A stretch of DNA of 38,478 nt from an uncultured Gammaproteobacteria bacterium (GTDB lineage Bacteria; Patescibacteriota; Microgenomatia; Levybacterales; UBA12049). The notes beneath the pieces were generated by a model. It saw only the letters and a program-made list of their open reading frames with translations, did no database searches and was not told where the DNA came from. The position numbers were made by a program, and so were the translations under genes. The stretch spans positions 4,141 through 42,618 of the forward strand of contig CAZNVI010000003.1 of NCBI GenBank assembly GCA_964576705.1, given 5' to 3'. Shown in pieces: positions 34,990 to 38,478 of this stretch; within the stretch, counting starts at the first letter, position 1, and every line of letters starts with the position of its first letter.

Positions 34990-35709
34990 TTAAATTTCCT
35001 TTTTAGCTTTATCTGCCATATAATTACCCGCCCGAAGCAGACTATCGAAAGTACCTGCATCTTCCCAAATGCAGTCAATCGGGCTGACTGTCAATTCACC
35101 TATAGCCTGGTATTGATTGTATAAATCAGGTATCTCAATCTCGCCTCTGGCGGATGGAATAACCTTTCTAGCAAACTCCGATGCGCGCTCATCAAATATG
35201 TATATACCAGGCACTGCATAATCGCTCTTCGGATTCTCTGGTTTTTCTACGATAGAAATCACTTTTCCCTGTTGATCGAATTCGACAACTGCATATCTTT
35301 GCGGATCCGGAACTTTTATGGCAAAAACATGTCCTCCTTTTTGAAAATTTGCAATTTCACTTTTAAAATCATAGTCAAAGATATTATCACCTAATATCAT
35401 GGTTACGTTATCATCTTTTATAAAACTTTCACCGACTATAAAAGCATCAGCCAATCCTTTAGGTTCTTCTTGGATTTCGAATGTAAATTTGGCATCGAAG
35501 TCCTTACCTGAACCTAACAAATTTAAAAAATGTCCGGCGTATTCAGGAGCTATAATAATAAGTATATCTTTAATTCCTGCTTTAAGAAGAGTTTCTAGAG
35601 GATAAAAGATCATCGGCTTGTTATAAACCGGAAGAAGTTGTTTAGATGTAATTTTCGTTAACGGTCTAAGCCTGGTCGCTTTTCCACCTGCTAAAATAAT
35701 TCCTTTCAT
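34990..35709 (-). CDS. rfbA: glucose-1-phosphate thymidylyltransferase (short form)
   Basis: MKGIILAGGKATRLRPLT and SKQLLPVYNKPMIFYPL. Confidence 0.85.
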   Translation of the reverse strand: MKGIILAGGKATRLRPLTKITSKQLLPVYNKPMIFYPLETLLKAGIKDILIIIAPEYAGHFLNLLGSGKDFDAKFTFEIQEEPKGLADAFIVGESFIKDDNVTMILGDNIFDYDFKSEIANFQKGGHVFAIKVPDPQRYAVVEFDQQGKVISIVEKPENPKSDYAVPGIYIFDERASEFARKVIPSARGEIEIPDLYNQYQAIGELTVSPIDCIWEDAGTFDSLLRAGNYMADKAKKEI

Positions 35710-35713
35710 AAAG

Positions 35714-35974
35714 TTAAAAACCAGAAAGTAATAATACTAATACTATACCTAACGCACCTACAAGTACATATTCTAGCACAATTTTTACCGAAACGTCATG
35801 ATGGACTAGATGATGGACGATCCCCCAAAATGCGTATAAGAACCCGGTTAAAAATAATATAGCCATTCGGATATCAGTATCATTTGCTGTTTTAAGGATA
35901 AGTGTCACGCAAAGAAACATTAGTACCCCGAAAGATAAATAGTAACCTCTATGAGATTTAAGTGAGTCAATCAT
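35714..35974 (-). CDS. small 3-TM membrane protein with an HHLVHHD motif
   Basis: 86-aa ORF. Its start overlaps the stop of the upstream CAP gene (TAATG). Confidence 0.5.
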   Translation of the reverse strand: MIDSLKSHRGYYLSFGVLMFLCVTLILKTANDTDIRMAILFLTGFLYAFWGIVHHLVHHDVSVKIVLEYVLVGALGIVLVLLLSGF

Positions 35975-36942
35975 TATAGAATCAATCCCCTGCTATATAA
36001 AATTATAGCGATTATTATCACTGTTAGGAATATTATATGATCTGCGCTATGAGAAACGAACCTGATTATTTTTCTTCTCTCAGTTATTATTAAATCAACT
36101 ATAAATAAAAATATAAAAAATATAGCTACTACTAAAGCAATATTTTTGGTCGCATTATCTTTATTTATAATAGGCTCTCTTCTTACTGATGCGATAAATA
36201 TATTATTTAAAGTAGGCATCGGACTAGTAGGAGTCGGAATCGTAGTAAGAGTAGGAATTGGCGAAGATGTAGGAAGAATAGCTTGTGCTATAAATGTCGG
36301 CTGCGGAATATCAGTAGGCGGAATTGTAGTCGGCAGCAATACTTTTTCCGCCTGGGAAGAACCTATATTCGAAGAGCTGTTAAGTCTTTCGCCGAATTCC
36401 TGAACAATCAGCACCGTCTCGTCACCCGTCAGGCTTCCTGTTACGACTGCAAAACCTACATCTTTATATCTGGGAGATAAAATATTCTCTTTATGTCCCG
36501 GACTAGCCATCCATGCGGCCATGGCCTCATGGGCAGTGGTAAATCCTCGTGCCAAATTTTCTCCTGCATATAAATACTCATAACCGGCTGCTTTTATGAA
36601 TACCCAAGGCGTCGTCCCATCCGGAGCGTTATGCGCCCAATAATTATTTTCCAACATATGATTGGCTTTATTCATCGCTGCTGCCGATAACTGTGAATCA
36701 AGGCTTAGAGGATTTACGCCTGCAGCTGTCCTTTGCTGATTAGTCAAATTAACGAGATCAGATATCGAAATATTTGCGGTAATTCCTAGAATATCAGGAT
36801 ATGATCTCTCAATACGGGGAGTAAGATAACTCATTAATGCAATTAAAATGACTAAAATAAAAAGCGGCTGCAAATGGAGTAGCCTGGCACGGTGGTTATT
36901 CGATTCGCGGGGGAAAAGTAAGTGATGTAAAAAATCTAACAT
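35974..36942 (-). CDS. CAP/SCP/PR1-domain protein with a Pro/Thr-rich linker and C-terminal TM helices
   Basis: CAP motifs (YAGENLARG, MASPGHKENIL). Linker LLPTTIPPTDIPQPTFIAQAILPTSSPIPTLTTIPTPTSPMPTL. N- and C-terminal TM segments. Confidence 0.8.
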   Translation of the reverse strand: MLDFLHHLLFPRESNNHRARLLHLQPLFILVILIALMSYLTPRIERSYPDILGITANISISDLVNLTNQQRTAAGVNPLSLDSQLSAAAMNKANHMLENNYWAHNAPDGTTPWVFIKAAGYEYLYAGENLARGFTTAHEAMAAWMASPGHKENILSPRYKDVGFAVVTGSLTGDETVLIVQEFGERLNSSSNIGSSQAEKVLLPTTIPPTDIPQPTFIAQAILPTSSPIPTLTTIPTPTSPMPTLNNIFIASVRREPIINKDNATKNIALVVAIFFIFLFIVDLIITERRKIIRFVSHSADHIIFLTVIIIAIILYSRGLIL

Positions 36943-37078
36943 GAAAATAGTATAGTAAATTTATCTACTATTCGCCATGCAGTAAATTATTGAAATAAAT
37001 AGAAATTTGTAGAAACTTATTGAGACTTATGGTAATTACAATTAATCTCTAGTAGTCTCTTCCGATCTCAATAAATCT

Positions 37079-37393
37079 CTACTGATATACCGGCTCTACA
37101 ATCTTTCCAGGCGACCTTCCATTAATAGGAATCTTTAGCCATATCCCCAGGGTGTTTGCGATAGCAACGCCTACTCTTAAACCTGTAAATGAACCAGGGC
37201 CGGGGTTGACTGAAATAGCATGGAGATCTTTAAGATCTAATTTATGTTTTATTAATAACTCATGTATCATAGGGAGAACGACTTGCGCTTTCCACGCATC
37301 AGTTTTTCGATTTATAGAATCTTTTTTGCCATCAATTTCAACTTCTACAATTATTTCTTTATTATTTGAAGTATCTATTAATAATATATTCAT
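37079..37393 (-). CDS. tsaB: minimal TsaB (t6A biosynthesis, N-terminal ASKHA subdomain only)
   Basis: MNILLIDTS and NPGPGSFTGLRVGVAIAN. Only 104 aa, ending in VEPVYQ. Confidence 0.7.
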   Translation of the reverse strand: MNILLIDTSNNKEIIVEVEIDGKKDSINRKTDAWKAQVVLPMIHELLIKHKLDLKDLHAISVNPGPGSFTGLRVGVAIANTLGIWLKIPINGRSPGKIVEPVYQ

Positions 37394-37450
37394 ATTAGCA
37401 AATGGTTAATAACTAATGGCTTCTGAGTTGAAACTATTTACTATTTTATA

Positions 37451-38035
37451 TTAGCTATAGTCTAACTCCACCGCTCCTTCTCTTATTACTTTCCAAGGAG
37501 TAATGCTACAATCTATAACTGTAGATGCTTGTTTTATGGTACATTCACCAGGTATTACAAAGTCAACTATTTTCAGGAGTTGGTTATCTAAATCCTTAAA
37601 TTCATATGGAGTTCTTTCTCCATGAAAATTTGCAGACGGACCAAGTAAAGGAACACCGATGCTATGTATCAACTCAAATGCAATACTATGATTCGGCATT
37701 CGAATGCCGACATTATCTCCCCCGCCTCTTACCAATGAAGAAGTTTCTTCTTTTTTACATGGCAAAACAATTGTTAACGCCCCAGGCCAATACTGCGATA
37801 TAAGTTTTTCCGAAACTAAATCAGGAATATTTATCCAATATTTATTTGCCATATCGATACTATCCACTAAAACCGGTACAGCCTGAGCTTCCGGTCTCTT
37901 GCGGATTAAAAAAAGTCGCTTAATTGAATCTGTATTATCTATCCTGCACCCTATACCGAATGCTGTATCTGTAGGATAAACTACGATCCCTCCTTGATTT
38001 AAAATATTAATTGCCTCTCTGATATTATCTTCCAT
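37451..38035 (-). CDS. tsaC: L-threonylcarbamoyladenylate synthase (YrdC/TsaC type)
   Basis: VVYPTDTAFGIGC, RPEAQAVPVLV, LTIVLP, VGIRMPNH and GPSAN. Confidence 0.9.
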   Translation of the reverse strand: MEDNIREAINILNQGGIVVYPTDTAFGIGCRIDNTDSIKRLFLIRKRPEAQAVPVLVDSIDMANKYWINIPDLVSEKLISQYWPGALTIVLPCKKEETSSLVRGGGDNVGIRMPNHSIAFELIHSIGVPLLGPSANFHGERTPYEFKDLDNQLLKIVDFVIPGECTIKQASTVIDCSITPWKVIREGAVELDYS

Positions 38036-38100
38036 AAAATCTCATCTGTTTTTCCACCTGGAAGGTGAAACAGATAGGTCAGCTAGGGACTAGCCAGTGA

Positions 38101-38478
38101 TCAAATCGCTATGGCATTCACAGTTTCTTTTAAAAAATCGTCTTTTTTCATCCCAGTGTCTAAGTGCGCGAATTCTTTTTTCGTAACCCATTGGTATTCG
38201 ATATGCTCTTTACTCAACACAACATCAGAACCTAATGCTACACACAAATATCCGATATATATAAAATAGAACTGCTTTTCTATATCAAAACGTGTCAATA
38301 TTTTTACAGGACGAACATTTACGACACTTAAACCCGTCTCTTCCTCTATTTCTCTGACAATTGATTCCTCAGCTATCTCACCGAAGTGAACATTACCTCC
38401 TACTAGATCCCAACATCCAGCTCTGCTACGATCATCCAGCGTCCTTTTTAAAGCAAGAAATTTCCTTCTTTTAGCAGG
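38101..38478 (-). CDS. NUDIX hydrolase (5' end beyond the window edge)
   Basis: The frame stays open to the window end. Nudix box GGNVHFGEIAEESIVREIEEETGL lies upstream of the ORF-track TTG start. Confidence 0.8.
   Translation of the reverse strand, partial: PAKRRKFLALKRTLDDRSRAGCWDLVGGNVHFGEIAEESIVREIEEETGLSVVNVRPVKILTRFDIEKQFYFIYIGYLCVALGSDVVLSKEHIEYQWVTKKEFAHLDTGMKKDDFLKETVNAIAI

Noticed and set aside
37017-37074. Inverted repeat TTATTGAGA / TCTCAATAA just downstream of tsaB as an intrinsic terminator.
   Set aside because: The loop is 40 nt, and a competing inner GAGAC/GTCTC pairing makes a classical terminator doubtful, although a U-rich tract follows on the minus strand.
1089-37886. 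About 35 ORF-track entries lie antisense to, or out of frame within, longer well-supported genes. Examples are 1089-1325, 1763-1984, 3670-3933, 4431-4832, 5358-5628, 6336-6816, 7421-7708, 16343-16633, 17340-17654, 17675-17950, 21366-21701, 25267-25467, 28130-28562, 36146-36480 and 37606-37886.
   Set aside because: Each overlaps a gene with clear family motifs on the other strand or frame. They lack SD or promoter signals, and their low-complexity, Ser/Phe/Ile-rich translations are typical of shadow ORFs in AT-rich DNA.
38044-38075. Hairpin ATCTGTTT...AAACAGAT (with inner CACC/GGTG) between the partial NUDIX gene and tsaC.
   Set aside because: No U-tract follows on the coding (minus) strand. 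It is likely just an intercistronic structure, and I could not support a specific function.
1-38478. Searched by eye for tRNA, rRNA, CRISPR arrays, transposases, integrases, reverse transcriptases and long direct repeats.
   Set aside because: No cloverleaf-like GC-rich segment, regularly spaced repeat array or recombinase motif was seen. The only repeats are short: 2420-2881, 15861-16600 and 29480-29568.

Overview
AT-rich, very gene-dense bacterial chromosomal segment with about 50 protein genes, standard genetic code, and most genes on the minus strand from about 18.9 kb onward. I saw no rRNA, tRNA, CRISPR array, transposase or integrase. Gene content suggests a small-genome organism with a Gram-positive-type envelope, possibly Patescibacteria/CPR. 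The supporting genes are an RRM RNA-binding protein, a free-standing 23S-IVS-type four-helix-bundle gene, a 104-aa minimal TsaB, a DUF5679-like zinc ribbon, a sortase and a GT39-type GT-C. This taxonomic call is inference only.

Layout:
- 0-3.5 kb: NUDIX hydrolase plus orphan genes and a frame-interrupted four-helix-bundle gene.
- 3.5-7.4 kb: RRM protein, IMPase-family protein, and Lon with a CIRCE-like operator.
- 7.5-13 kb: envelope block with a receiver domain, sortase, a tiny secreted S/T/P-rich peptide, DD-carboxypeptidase, GH18 and a membrane-anchored GDE-like enzyme.
- 13.1-15.8 kb: OmpR-type regulator, cytoplasmic GAF histidine kinase and Crp/Fnr regulator.
- 15.9-17.6 kb: cluster of small general-stress-type proteins (YtxH-like, GlsB/YeaQ, KGG-repeat, DUF4112).
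- 17.7-25.5 kb: secreted thermonuclease, putative sortase substrate, HflX, SecDF with a coupled wHTH protein, DUF3048, DUF4446 and small proteins.
- 25.8-36.9 kb: long co-directional glycosylation operon. It holds a GT-C, a GT2-GtrA fusion, UXS, Gmd, Rmd-like, NUDIX, Ugd, RmlB, a cupin, RmlA, a small membrane protein and a CAP-domain protein.
- 37-38.5 kb: TsaB, TsaC and a partial NUDIX gene.

Nothing here is unambiguously a new system. The best candidates for follow-up are the sortase/micropeptide operon, the Gtr/Arn/PMT-like glyco-operon with three nucleotide-sugar branches, the CIRCE-like lon operator, the slippery-heptamer frame break in the four-helix-bundle gene, and the orphan genes at 1.1-3.5 kb. 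All family assignments rest on motifs read by eye and need HMM or BLAST confirmation.
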